Source: Raillietiella orientalis
Lineage: Eukaryota
NCBI GenBank assembly: GCA_036172245.1
Contig: JAYWIR010000043.1
Coordinates: 1,116,001-1,180,000 of the forward strand
Direction: 5' to 3'
Length of the DNA: 64,000 bases
Shown one piece after another: positions 14,421 to 28,149 of this stretch (position 1 is its first letter; each line of letters opens with the position of its first letter). The notes under the pieces are model-generated. The model saw only the letters and a program-made list of their open reading frames with translations, ran no database searches and was not told where the DNA came from. The translations under genes were made by a program, and so were the position numbers.

Positions 14421-15562
14421 TGCACTCTCTAGAGCTATGTCGTTTTGACAGCGTCCACCCAGCATTTCAGTTCCTAAGGGGCGGGGCAAACTATATTGCA
14501 GCCTCATCTCTCTTCTTCCTTCCTGCTAGTTCTTCAAGCTTCTCATCGACTCTTCCCAAGTTTCTATTACTTGGAAGAAGGGACACTAATTCATTCAGCA
14601 GCTGAAATTAACGTATTGCTCGTTCCCTCTACGAGTCGCAGACAGCCGGATCTGTTGACTCTGCAGCCGCCTTTTATGTCTTAAAGACACTTTTATGTCT
14701 TTCATTTGCATTTTTTATTTTTGGGGGTGATTCTAAAAATTCTTCAAACATTCAAAAAATCTACGTTTTTAATCGCTTTGCCCCGCTTTGTTCTACAGAT
14801 ACCTGCTCAAGAAAGTAGCAAGCAGTCATACGAAGATGCAAAACACACACACACAAAATGACAAGAATAAAGTTCTAATCTTCGATTTCCATTGAGAGAG
14901 AAAGGAAAGTGTAGGCAGTATTGACCAGCATCTCTCAACCCGACAAAACTCAAAGTTATGACAAACTATTCGTAGTAATTACAAGGTTTTTACCCAATTC
15001 CCGAGAAAGAAGGATGGCCCAATCCCTCATAGCTCGAGAAATTTCCGCAGGCCGCTGGGCGTCGTGGCTCCCGGCGCCTTTTGCTCTTCATGCCGCGTTG
15101 CACATTTTAAACTTCTGACCTGTTGTTGAGATTCCCTGCTCTTGACCTGATCTTCCCCACCAGGGAACTCGCGACCATCTCCTTTGTAGAGGTGTCTCGA
15201 GTCTAACATGGACTTTGCATTCTCACATTACTAAGAGAGTAAAGTTTTCTTTTTCCATCAAAGAACGTTCATTGACAGACAGGTATAGATGTAATCGATT
15301 AAGTTCAGTGCACTATTCAATTCGCTTTTGTTTCTGTTTACTTTGTCAATGTTTGAATGAATGATCGAACCGTTCACACCTTTCGGGAGCACGGATGCAT
15401 TCCTCGTCGTCTTGCCTCACGCTTGCCTAGAAATGTAAAATTCTTATCAAAATTCTGATTTACAATTGACCGTAAACAATTCAATAGAAAATAAGTAGGC
15501 GATACGTTGATGCACTTTTATCAAAACTAATGAGAAATGTGTGACTTTTAGAGAAGTCCAAA

Positions 15563-16050
15563 TGGTTCGCTGCTGGAGTCATGGCAGGTGTCCTGTCCTT
15601 CGGCCACTCTACGAAACCCAATTTTTCTCTCACATTACTGATGTTTGCTGGTGCCGTGGCATTTTCCGGTGCAAGCACCTACCACCTACCAGTTGAAATG
15701 GTGGTATTCTTTGCCGTGATGTTATCGTAAGAATCATTTCTTGTAATTCCTAATGAATTCAGTTAACCATGATAATCGTGATTGGGTGGGAACAGCGGAA
15801 TCGTAGGGAAACTGAGGAACAGATGATGTCGCCTGCACACACAGTTCGAAAAATCACTTGTCTCTTGGAAAATCTGAAACGTCGAGGTTTGTTTTCGAAA
15901 GCATTTCCGTCATCTCCAATGCCTCGTTGAGAAGACAACCAATTTGTCTCATAGCAGCATCCGTCCGACCTTCCCGTTGGAAAAAAAGCACTTCTTCATT
16001 TCTGCGGCGCCACCAATGATTTCGGCAGTTTGTTCAAACAGCTTTGCTTA
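15563..16050 (+). pseudogene. Possible decayed ZIP9/SLC39A9-like zinc transporter fragment
   Basis: NFSLTL..AGAVAFSGASTYHLPVEMVVFFAVML (15620-15725) resembles ZIP9 TM3-TM5 TxTLGLVVHAAADGIALGAAAxxxxxxVExIVFLAIML; downstream KHFFISAAPPM (about 15985-16020) resembles KHLLxFxLAAP. Metal-binding His/Asp absent; stop at about 15728. Confidence 0.3.
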
Positions 16051-16979
16051 CAACAGCCAAGGTATCTGCTTAATTTCCAGAAAAAAAAAGAAAAAAAAAA
16101 TATTCAGCTGGATTTTGCGCCTGCGTTTATGAAGCTTTAGGAATCCTTTTCAAGGACACCTAAAGCTTCATTTCTTCCATCCTTTTTTTCTACCTCTGAC
16201 ATGATATGACCAGCGTACTTTATTTTCCCTGATGGGATCGTTTTCAAAGACGATGCCTGAAGACGGGACTCCACGTGGTTTGCCGTCCTTGGTGTTGCTG
16301 CGTGCACAACACGGAAAGCCCTGTGGGCGTAATCAAAAGGAAAAACACCTGCAAACAAGGCAAACAACAAACTTATAAGTCCATGATGCCCAATGCGGAA
16401 CGCCGCCATCGCGAAACGGAGGAAAACCGCCACCAGCAAACATCAACATGTACTGACCACTAACCGTCATAGACGATGGGAATGCTTCAGTTAACAAATG
16501 GACGGATGCCGAAATCAAAAATGAGTAGTCTGCTCTTTTTCTTTTCCAGAACTGTGGCCATTTTCAAGTTCTGTCGGTTGAAGCTCCGTTCTCAGCAACT
16601 CTAGTTCCTGGATTGGTGTCTCGAACGAAAGAAGAAAAATTCCCACTTCAGCTTCGCCGACTTTCATGTAAACATTCAGTGAATTCAATACAACGATGAT
16701 TCTTTTGGCAGAACGATCATTGCACACAGAAAAGTCCATTTCAAAATTCAGGGAATCCACGGTATTTGATAAAATGTCAAAAAAAGTATCATTTCCTTTC
16801 GCGAATTTACGTATCGGTTGAATGATGCTCAGCTTACTCAGCTTTTATTTTCCCAATGAAGAAACTACATTTGTATCCAAGTACATATGTTAGTTGCATC
16901 TTAGTATACACGAAGATGTCTCTCTCACATTTATATTTCTGTAGGTTTGTAATTCTATGAAAATATAGAGTAAAAGCAT

Positions 16980-18100
16980 GCAGACGTGTATTCCGTGTCA
17001 ATCATCATAGTACATCAGCAATGTCGAGGACTTTATGCACATAATTCAGGCATGGGATGCATTTACAGATCCGACTTTGGGCATTCTCCAGTATTAAAAA
17101 GTGATTGCATTCTTCTGGGAGAAGTTTAGCTAACAATATTTTATGCAATGAATTAATATTCATGACTTAATCATTGATCAAGCAGCAAAAGGCAATTTTC
17201 AACTATTTCTAGTAAATGAGTCTTCAAAGTATACTCCGCAAGGCATTAATGTATTGATGTGAGAAATATTGCCAAAACGAGAGGAATGGAAATCAAAAAC
17301 TCGATTTTCTTTTTTTTTCCCCCAAAGTCTCCAAGGGTTAAGCAACATTCTAAAAGTCTTCAGACGTTATTTCTTCCGGTATCTACTCACAGCGCTGAGC
17401 TGAGAGGTACTTCCCTTCACACTATCTTTAAGATGACCACGTAAAAGACTTGATATTTCAGAAAGGTGAAGCGACCTACGATTCGGGTTTTACTGGCCCA
17501 TACTGCACACATTTTTCTGTGGCATGAGAAGGAATGCGCCATCATTGGCAAGTTGACGAGTGAAGATAAAAATTGGAAAACGCCTTCGTTGAGGATTCCT
17601 AAGGCTTCTTACTTGACAACTTGGGAATGGAATGGTGGTGCGGGGACATCCGATAAGAGGGCTGCAATAAAGTCTCAACACGTCTAGATGGATTGATGAA
17701 AGAATTTCAATCAGACAAAGTATGGAATAAAATTTGTTCAGTTTACAAGTTCCAAATGGCTTTTCATATTATGGTTGATATTTATCATCCCTACCTAAGT
17801 GGCCAAACACATTTCGAGAGACTTCATAAAAATATTTACTGTTCAGGAAGACTCTTATTTGCTTAATGAATTCAGGATGCCTATTTATTGTTTCAAAATT
17901 TAATCCAAAGCTGTGAGCTTGTTTTGAAGCGATAGTTATCTGAAGAATTCAACAGTTTCGGACGCAGTTTGAAACCTGTCTCTGTGTTCCATAAAGAATG
18001 ACAGAAAAAAGAGTTTTTCATTCCATGAGAAAGTGGTTCATTTATTTTTCACCAGAAAATATCCCATTGGATATGAAGGAAATTGAAGAAACCATTGTAT
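16980..18100 (+). mobile_element. Degenerate AT-rich hAT transposase
   Basis: HII (CxxHxxH-like, about 17038), QHSKSLQTLFLPV (HxxTRWLSLxPA-like, about 17345-17380), LCVP*..EKRVFHSMRKW (LxIPxxNAxxERVFSxMxxxW dimerisation motif, about 17980-18036), in the expected order. Confidence 0.5.
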
Positions 18101-20053
18101 CAAAAACATATTACGAGAGCTATCAGATCGTGTGCCAAAACTTCGGTCAGAAAATTCCAAGATACACTGTTATTGTTATGTTTGGGAGAAAACGTATTAA
18201 TAATCACAATAAATGTCCCGCAAATTATAACAACACGTTAGTTTTATGTCGTACATTTTTTCAAAGCCGAAAGCTGCGTTATTTTTCCAAAGTGTACTAA
18301 AAAATGAAAAAAATCAAAACTGTGATCGATTCACTTTAAGTTCTTAAGTTCTTAAAGCAGTGTATTTATATCAGAAGACTTAATTAATCGGTCGACTAAG
18401 TCGGTGAACTTCAATTCTTTTTTCGAAGAAATCATTCCTTTAGCAAAGTAACTATGATAGATCATAACACGAAAATCGCAGGATCAGACATCAAGATAGG
18501 AAAAACAAAAGCAAGAAACTTAAGATCATATTTTCATTATTTTTAAAGAAAATATTCTGTATATACTATTTCGTTATGAACTGACGTATTTTTCAATTTC
18601 TTTAAGTATTGTTTTCAATCAATAATTACTTCCTGATCAATTATTAAGGTTTATTTTAATCAATTTAATTATTATGTTTTCCATATGAAATATAAGATAA
18701 ATTCTTTGGAATTTCCAATAAGATTGTCAATATATTTCGTGATTATATGATATGTTTTTAAGATTTTCCGGTATTCTAGATTTATTTCTGATTTTCTTTG
18801 ATATGTTAACAAATATGTATATATTTAAGCTTTCATCCTTTCTCCAATTCTTGAAAAATTCAAGCATTTATAGCAGAGTGACACGAATGACCTTGAAAAT
18901 TAAATATAAACCGCAATAAATATGCTATATTATAATAGTAAGCATCACTAATTTTCTAAATATATGATTATAAAACTTCTTGAAGTAACAGAGGCTTGTG
19001 GTTTTTGTTGTTCCCGATTTCTCTTTTCGATCTATTTGAACTTGGTATCTCGAGGCGCTATTTGGAAAGTTTACAAATTTCATTCTTCTCAGTTGGTCAG
19101 CATTATCTTACCTAACGTCCCATTGTGGAGGAAAAACTCAACATTCAGTTTGAATTTATTATGTATTGCAAAATTTTTTTTGTATTTTATTCTGTAATTC
19201 TGATTTAAATAGTTATTGCCAAGTGTTTGTCACTTCGCTCGATGTCCACGAAGGTGATTGCCAGGGAGTGAATGATGGCGTGTTTTCAGACTTTTTTTTA
19301 GTGAGAATGTGCCTATTGTTTCGTGAAAAAGCACTTTTAAAATTTTTCTTCGTATATAACATCACCAAAAAACATCATTGGACTTGGATATTTACTTTTT
19401 TGAAATGTGCTTTCATTATCAGATTGAAATACTGCCAAATTTCTCCGTGCTTTGCTCTCAGTCCAACATAAAACTATAATAAAATTTTAGTTCACTTAAA
19501 AAATGAATGCAGTTTTTTTTTTGTGTGATGCTTAAAGGGAATACCTCTATAAGATCTTACAGAAAATTTTATTAATACTTTGAAAACGTTTTTTGTATCA
19601 TATCAGATACAGAGAAGCAGCAATGATTGTTGACTTATTGAATCTGATTTCCCTACAATTTTGAATTTGCTGTATGCCAACTATATAATTTGATAATCTT
19701 TAGAGTACATGTTGTATTCCGTTTTTTATTCCATAGTCTGCTGAATGCAGAATTAATTAAATCACAAAAACTATAATTTTTCTTATGTGTAACTGCTTTT
19801 GAGATAATAACATAACTGCTAGGTCAAGGTATCCCTGATCAATACTAATGGATTTTGGATATTGTTTTTCCAGAGTTTCAAGAAAATTATAATTTGTAAG
19901 TTTCATTTGTTTTCTTTGTTTGTTATAGTTGAAACAAATGTGGAAAAATTTGAATATTTGGAGTATAACAATCTGGAGTGCTTGATTAAATCAAGTATTT
20001 GTAGAATATTTTGATATTTTCTTTGGGAGGTTCTACTGTGTAAAGTAAATGTG

Positions 20054-22278
20054 ATGCCTCCAGATGATGAAATTTCCAATTGTGTAAAGTTAGGAACTAT
20101 TAGCCCCTTTAAACGAAAATTATACGTTAGCCTTACCAAGAATGGAATCAAAGATCTTGAGTTGCAGTATAATGTTCAAATCAGAAGCAATAGCATCATA
20201 GATTGTAATGTTTCTAAAGAACCATTAATCTTGGTGAATTCAAAGCAAGAGGAACAGAGTGTTATCAATGCAGACAGTAATCCACAGTGCAGCAGTGATG
20301 ATGATCCTGAGAGGAAACAATCCAGTTTGCATGACAAGAAGGATAGTGTTGATGAGCAGAGTCTTGAATATGAGGTTGAGCAGATATTGGATTACAAACA
20401 AAAGAGGGTAACAATTTTTAAAATTATGTGTGAATTTTGTGATGGATTTCTTTGAAACACTAATGTAGTAAATTTCCACCTCGCATATTCATGGTGAATA
20501 AACTTGAATTTTCACATAGAGTCGAGATATGTACCTGGTGAAATGGAAAGGCTGGGCTCACAGCAGCAATACTTGGGAACCCCTTCAAAATTTGACAAAC
20601 TGTCGCAAACTGCTTGTTAATTTCTGGAAAACAAAGTAATTACATATTTTCAGTATCCCATTTTTTCAACAATGTTTTCTAATTTTAACAGATCTGTGCT
20701 TTTAGGGATAGGAATTCTGAAATAAGTCGTGATGTGGCAGAAAGAAAAATTTCTAGGTTACTTAGAAAAAATAAGGTCGATGGTACCGTGGAGAATTTTT
20801 TTGCTGCTACTCCTGATCGGTTAAAGACACTGCAAAATAAAATGAATTGTTTGAAATCTGAACAGGTCAGCATGTGGTTCTTGGGAATTGTTTATTACAG
20901 TTAAAAGCATTTTAATGTAAATAATAAATCTCATCTTATTGCCTTCTAACTTTCATGCAGTGAGCATGCATGGCAAGAAGTTGTAGAAATCTTGCAGTTT
21001 TTTGTTATTGGTTTATTATGGTAATCATGGCTTTGTTTTTTTTGTTTTTTGTTTTACCTTAGATGCTGGAAACTGTTCGTGCACATAGGAGGAAGAAATG
21101 TGATGTTGCTCTCTTGTCTTTGACGGAGCGATTTCTTCTTCGTCAGTTAGATGCAAAGAAACAAGCATTGCGGAAAGAATTGAAACTATGGGAAACTCAA
21201 ATTAACTCATTGTCTGAAGATCTTGCTCCAATTCGTGTAGAAAATAGAGTTGATCTTGAAGGACCTCCTCAGAGTTTTGTCTACATAAATGATTATCTGG
21301 TAGGAGCTGTAGGGTTATTGATATAGTTTGACTGGATTTTTGTAGCCTGGAGAGGGAATAACCATTCCAGATGATCCTCCTATAGGATGTGAATGCAAGT
21401 GCTGCTCTAGAGAGCAAGCATCTTGTTGTTCAGCCCATTTTGCTGATCACTTTGCTTATAATCGGTGGCGACGCCTTCGTATCTGCACAGGAATTCCTAT
21501 TTATGAATGCAATAAGCGCTGCTGTTGTAGTAATGATTGTGTCAATCGTGTAGTGCAGCGAGGAAGAAAGGTTACATGCAATTGTTAGAATTTGACTTGA
21601 TTGCATTTTAGGTCAGACTATGCATTTTTCGCACTGCTAATGGATGTGGCTGGGGAGTTAAAGCTTTAGAGTCAATCAAAAAAAATACCTTTGTTACAGA
21701 GTATGTAGGAGAAGTGATCACAAATGAAGAAGCAGAAAGACGTGGTCTTAAATATGGTAAGGATGTTTCTAGTTTTTACCCTTTTAAAATAATATTATTC
21801 CAAAGATGCTGAAGGAAGAACTTACCTCTTTGATCTTGATTACAATGATGGTGAGAATCCACCATTTACAGTTGATGCTGCTCATTATGGCAATGTGTCT
21901 CATTTCATTAACCATTCAGTAAGTTGCTATTTCTTTGTAGTTCATGCTTACATAGTTCACAGTGTAGCCCCAATCTGGCAGTCTTTGGAGTCTACATTAA
22001 TTGTTTAGATCCCAATTTACCCCGAATTGCTCTTTTCTCATGCAAAAATATCAAGAAAGGTGAAGAAATTACGTTTGATTATTTGGCTCAACATACTCAA
22101 GGTAGTCTTTTTTGAACAGGAGTCTTACTAACTCTTGGTTGTAGTTTCTAGTTATAAAAGTGAACATGCCACTATCATGAAATCGCCAAGGGCTTGCCGT
22201 TTCCGCCAAACAGTTTCAAATCAACCACGTGTAGAGTGCAAATGTGGTTCAGATAACTGCCGACGCTATTTATTTTGA
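20054..22278 (+). CDS. Suv39h: Histone H3K9 methyltransferase SUV39H/Su(var)3-9 (chromo, pre-SET, SET, post-SET). Exons: about 20054-20407, 20520-20635, 20706-20865, 21063-21299, 21346-21570, 21612-21756, 21806-21918, 21963-22101, 22145-22278. True start unresolved; possible extra exons 19874-19895 and 19929-19994.
   Basis: Chromodomain YEVEQILD...[13 protein letters not shown]; pre-[78 protein letters not shown]; post-[16 protein letters not shown]. All junctions GT-AG and in frame. Confidence 0.97.
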
Positions 22279-23539
22279 TCTTTCTGCAGTGTTAGGTGAA
22301 ACAAGTTGTAGTGTTTTATGTTTCCATGCTTGTGATTCTGGTGGATGAGGCTAAGTGCTTTTGTTCATTCAAGCAGCATTGGTTTCATAGTGGACCTCTG
22401 TTCTAGTATGTCTTTTCATATCGGAAAACCTAGTAGTTTTGAATACGTAAACTTAAGCATGTGATTTGCATGTAATAACCAGATACATTATTCTTGTGAA
22501 AGAAAGTAGTGTTCAGTCATGTAGACAAGCAGAATTCGTGAACATACAAAGCTTGAAATTTCGTTTTCAAGATTTTTTTGTGTGCACGTGTGACATTTCC
22601 TTGTGATCAGATTGTTTCCTTGGACAGACTTACAGGTGAACACATTGGAGTGCCATTTATTAAAACAATGATGTGTTTCGGAAATTGAATTGGATTAGAA
22701 AGGGAATGATTGATTTGGAAAAGGAAAAGTTGTTTTTGCATCTCAATATGTAGAAAGCGGGTTTCTGCAACAAACAAGAAAACCCCATCAATGAAAAAAA
22801 GCATCTCTTGATTGGCTGTACATGGAAGAAGTAGTAATACGAATGCTTTCATATGGTAACAATAATAAAACTTTTTAATGCCTAGCATATTTAAAATAAA
22901 CCATGCATCAAGCAATCAACTCATTAAAGCTTTGTATTTTCGTTTGTGTTTTTTTTTCCTTTCAGAATCATATTTTTTTAGATTTGCATAGTGTATGCTT
23001 CCCAAATGTTATGCACCTTTCATCCGGAGCAGTATTTAATCAGTAATATTGGTGATTGGAGAAGTTCATTCTAAATTTCCCCCTTCCTGAATTTTTTTCT
23101 TTGTTTGCCATCTATTCTTAAAGAAAGTGCTCATAAAGAACCCAAGTTCCTGATATTCATGTGTGTGCTTATTTATTTTTGTGAATCATTTTAAAAAATC
23201 TACAATCATCTCACCTTACCTTGTCTTTTAAAAAGCTGATTGTAGATTGCTTAGCTTAAAAAATCTACCATAACTTGCCGCAATCTACATGTAGAATAGC
23301 TTCTTCTTTTCAATGTCAGCGCCCACCGAATTCAAAAACCGATTTCTGTCGAAGGATATTCGGATGTTGCCGCCGATGAGTGACTTCGCTCTGTGAAAAA
23401 CCAGCAGATGTGTCATCCCCTGTGAAGAATTCAGTTTTTCGTTGGAAGCATATAACGCCGTGTGTAGGTTTCAGGTCAATATTAACGTGGTAACTGCTGT
23501 TAAGGTCGTTGTTTTATTAATGTGCCTCGAAGGCTTGTT

Positions 23540-26500
23540 TTACGCACGTAGTACTGTTTTCGGGGTGGTCCCCCTCCCCCTTCCCTTCTCGTAATTGTGA
23601 CCGTCACGTGTTGCCGGCGGGCCGCTGGCCAGTTTCGACGACGACGACGAAGCCGGGCAGGGGTCGTCGATTCCGTGCTTGAACCCTTGCCGTCTGCTCC
23701 CCATTCTGCAGCGTGCCGTTTTCTCGCACATGCGGAACCATGAAACGTTTGTTCGTGTGCTCAGGAAATCCGTGCAGAGCACGACAAGTACCTGGGATGG
23801 GATCCCTCGGCGAAGATTGCGCACTTCCCTCTGAAAACTCGGTCGAAAGCTCTCCATTGCGCAGAATGTGGTACTGACGTTTGCCGCGGAAGTCTGCAGC
23901 GGGTTCGCGCTAGCAGTGAGCAGCAAGCAATCTTTGTTGTGTTGTGACCATGCATGGGTCATGCCGTAGTGAGCGTGACCAAGAGCGCCTCCACTCAGTA
24001 ATAAAGAGTAGGCGATTCGCGGTTCGTGTGGTGGTGGTCTCGAGCCGCCAGGAGGGAGAGCCAGAGAGCATTGTCGAAGGCCGTGGTCCAGTGCTCAGGC
24101 GTTCACTTTGCCGATTCCTACTTCGAATTCTCCGAATAGGTTTGGTTTCCCTGTCGGGGAAAAGAAAAAGCGAACAGAGTGCCAAGAGCGGATCTTTGGG
24201 ACGCAAGGAGTGCTGGCACTCGCCACCCAACCTTTGGTTCTTTTACCCCAAAAACGAAGCGGTGAGAATTGGTTGCCAAGCCTCACGGGAATACCACCAG
24301 AATTTGAAAGTCTTCCTCTGCGAGCGTTGGTGTTTTTTCCCAGTCGACTGTTTTGGTGCTTCAAGCGAGGAGGACGTCGGCGGGCAGGCTTCCCATTGAG
24401 AACGGCATGCCGTGTTGATTTTGCTTTTTTTTCCCGTGAAACGAGCTCGTGGAAGAACACATGACACGTGGTTGGATGTGTCGAGGTGGATTTTCCGCTT
24501 TTTTTTTTTTTTTTTTTTTTTAGAAGTGCGGATCTGCTCGTTTCAGAGCCAAAGGACTAAATTTTCGAACTCTTCATTTACAAACAAATCTTACAGCGTG
24601 ATTACACATAGGCCTGCAATGTATTACACCAATGAGTACGAAGAAGTCCTCTGTGGGCTTTTCACCAGCCCATACCGAATGCCTAACTGCGTCATCACTC
24701 CCAAGTGCTCTCTCCCTTCCGGGAAGATGACGACGTGTGGGCGTGTGGGCTCGTCAACTTACGCGTCGACGAGGCTCGTGATTGGCTCGCCCGCCGTTCA
24801 CGAGTGTCCAAATTGCATCGACGGGGCTTTCCAGCTGGCGCGTGCGTCTGCACAGACGGGATTGAGTTAGCACAGTGAACGGCATCTTGCGAGGCAGATA
24901 AAATGAGGACAACGTGTACACAGATAAAGCAAGAGGCGTGACGATCCCTTGGTCGGATCGGGGACCTGCTCACTTCCTGGCTTACGAAACGTCAACTTTC
25001 TGTAGCCCTTCCCTTAGTCGTGGAAGACCGGAGAGTGTGCAGTTGCATCGCGTCGCCCCGGTGAAAACAAGGGTGGCAGCACGGGCAATGTCTTCGAAAC
25101 CAAAGTGGCTTTCCTGGTCACCCCTGATGCATCCCTGAGCCCTAAGCAAAGTTTGGGCGACTTCCCCGACCCTGCGGACGCCCCTGAGGCGTCTGCGCTT
25201 CCGTTCCTCCCCCGTAAGTGTTGTCTGCGATGGATGTACGCTGTAGCCCGCTTGATGTGATGTGAAGTCGTGCGGCATTCGGGGTTGGCCCCCTCCCCCC
25301 CTCTCCTCCCTAAACCGGGAATAGAGGGGCAGAAGAACTCTGCGAACAGGAGCGGAGAGCACTTCGATCCTTAACTGGGGCATGAGAACATCGCTCCCAA
25401 GCCGCGATGCACTGCCCGAACAGGAAGGAGGGAGAGTTGCATGTCTGCAGCGGATCGCTGGGGCGCGGAGGACACAAATCGTCGGAACTCTGCGCAGTCC
25501 GAGAGTGATGGGTGGTCGTACGACGGCGGTACCTTCGAGGAACGCGGCGGCGAGTTTGGCGCGTTCGGGGGAGAGGCAGAAGTGGGGGAGGAAGCTCACA
25601 CTGCCGCAGATCGGCTCTGCTCGCGTCGACAAAGGTTCGTGCACGTGGTGCACTTGGTGTTCCAGCCTGCCCCCGCGTGTCGGGCGACAGGTTGCTTCCA
25701 GCGGAACCACGAAAGCCATTAAAAACTTGGGAGGCTCACACGCGCTTTCACGTGCTGCCACCCTGACAACTCGAGGAGTCAACGCATCCCAAGTCGATAC
25801 AGATGGGGTCCGTGCTAAGCTGATTCGGCTCCAGCCTTCCCTTTAAGGAGTTCTCCTTTCCGTGGGAGGCGGGAGCAGCGGCCGGACCAGTTTGGTTTCC
25901 GAGAGCGAACAGAATTCTTTCTTGGTCTTCGTAGGTCGGAAGCGCAAGCAAAAACTGAGTGTCTTACGCGACTTGCAGAGCAGCGCGGATCTTCCCGCTG
26001 CTGCCTTTGCGTTTACGGTCTGCTTTAAGCTAATCCGACCAAGGACGATGTGAACCCGGGCTTCTGGCGGAGCCCGGGAAATCAAATGTTACTTAGGCAC
26101 GCAAAAAGAAGCTCCTGAGCTAGGTCATTCAATGGTTCCCGATGGGGGCTTGCGTCACGGTGTGCCATCCGCCGTGATTTAGTTACCCATCGCTTCCCAG
26201 CGTTCGCCTCTCAGACGTTCCCTTCGAAAGGAGCAAACGTCTGCTCCTCTCGAACGGAAAAAGATTCCGTTTCCAACAGGAGGAAAGGTTTTTTTGTTCC
26301 TTTGTTTTCTGGGACACAATAAGAAATGGAAAACGTTTCCACCCAATGCTGAGCTCCCGATCTTCTCGCCGGCAGTTAAGGCTCAAATGCGCTTTGGACT
26401 CCAGCAGTAAGCAATCACCTGGTTTTTTGCAATCTCCATCTTTGGAATAACTGCAGCCTCGCACACGATGGCGTGCAAAGTGTGCATAAGATGAGAAAAA

Positions 26501-26650
26501 GCTTCTGCATTGCTGAAAAAGGCCTTGCTGGAAGTTTATGAGATGACGTGAAACCATCAATCTGCGCCGCCTCAAAGAGCTTCGAAAGTCAGCCTCATTT
26601 TTTTTTCTTTTTTTTCCGCTACGAAAGACGAAAGCTGCGTTAGCTTTTGC
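23540..26650 (-). mobile_element. Degenerate Ty3/Gypsy LTR retrotransposon (gag, protease, RT start, integrase remnants)
   Basis: Gag-like Q..F.SY..F.R....C.Y (about 26450-26520); HHVHEPLSTRAEPI..LSPERAKLAAAFLEGTAVVRP (HxIxTxGPP..RRLSPE..GIxRPS, about 25515-25655); GGIPVRLGNQFS (integrase GxP..DQGxQF, about 24265-24298). Confidence 0.55.
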
Positions 26651-26749
26651 AATGACATCTCTCTGTGAAGTTGCCATTCCGACATCTGCTCGTTCCTCTT
26701 TGTACCATCCTCACAAGCTCAGTTGCCAATCGAGACGATGGGTTTTCGA

Positions 26750-27760
26750 CCGCGGACGAGGCAGGGAAACAAAGCAGACTTTCCAGGACCATCCCTATTC
26801 TGTGTCAGCATGTTGCATGGGCCTCTCAAGACCTTTACATGGAGGAGGAGGAGCCACCCTTCCGGTCTTCCATCCGCACGAGTGAAGGCATTTTCCAGAA
26901 AATTCTGCGACTCCTCCCATCTGCAGGAATTCAGGACATGGGGGCCCTTTGCGCTTCCTCAAACAGTGGTCTTTGTTGCTTAAGAATTGGATCATTTCAG
27001 GCCATCCTCTCTTCCTCCCTCCTATTCCCCTTCTCCCAGACAGGAATGCAGAGACAAGAGGTAGCGACCGAGTAACAGTGTTAGCAAAATGCAAGATCTG
27101 ACTTGAAGAAGAGATACATTTAAAAAAAAAAAAAAATGGCTCCTTCAAACGGTAGCAGTCCTTTCCTGGAGCTGAGGACCGTACATCTACTCACGTGGTA
27201 ATCGGTCCTCCAGTGGGCACTTACGAGGTGGAGCCACCTTGAACACCCAAGTACGAGGAAACGTAGCGAGCATTGCATACGGGTGGCCACATAGGCTGCA
27301 TCAGGAGGCGTGCGTTTCCCTGCTCTCGACGAATCTGACGAGGTGGCGAATCCACTCCTGAAGACCCCATGACTAACGGCGACTCGTTGCCGTTCGTCAT
27401 GGGGTAGACCGGTTTCTGCACCGAGACTCATCGGGCGCATCGGGCGTCGTCGTCAACTGACGGAAGGAGGAGGACGTTTGTCCGAACTGTGAGAGGCGTG
27501 GGTCGGAAGAGCGCATTCCCTACTTCCTCCTCCTCCTCCTGGGTTGCAGTGTCTTTCATCCAGGTGGAAAACGAGTGGGGCGAGAGCAGGCCAGGCGATA
27601 TCCCCAAGGACCTCGTGCAGGGGACTTTTTCCGGCCACCGTAGTCATGGCTCTGTGCTGCATCCTGAGCATCGAGGCAGCTCTCCTAGTGACGGAGATCC
27701 GCCAACGGACGAGGGAGACGATTCTCCTTCTGGTCATCTTCATGCTAGGCAGGCGTGGTG
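26750..27760 (+). mobile_element. Degenerate PIF/Harbinger transposase
   Basis: DLYMEEEEPPFRSSIRTSEGIFQKIL (ELxxxDxxxFxxYxRMSxxxFxxLL), FSQTG (YLATG), SSSTDG (GxxSDG), VGRKSAFP (VGDxAFP), VENEWG at 27564 (VENAFG), VMALCCIL (ACCxLHN), all in order. Confidence 0.65.
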
Positions 27761-28149
27761 ACTTGGCCTGGATAAAACGGCGGAGAAGGTCGTCGCCTAA
27801 ATTGTGAAAGGACTGTGTACCAGAAGGTGATACACAGGTGACCTCCTCCTTTCTCTCCTCTATTAGGTATTTTTATTTATTTGATGTCCCCTCCCCTTTG
27901 TACTCCAGACCTCTTTTCCCGGACCAAGTGTGCAACGGACATCGCAATTCCCTTCCTGTTCGATCATTTTATGCACCTGAAAGAATGTGTTGGTGTATTT
28001 TCGATAGACGGACTCCCTGGGGTGACCAGGTGAACCTCCATGTTGCGGGATCACTGGCAGGAATGGAAGCATAAGAAGGAAAGTAAGGGGCACCCTGGTT
28101 TTTGCAGAATAGACAGAGAGACGTAAAACAGGAACCGCAAAAAGGCCAT

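Noticed and set aside
19606..19617. GATACAGAGAAG match to U6
   Set aside because: Only 12 nt with no extension; about chance level for a window this size.
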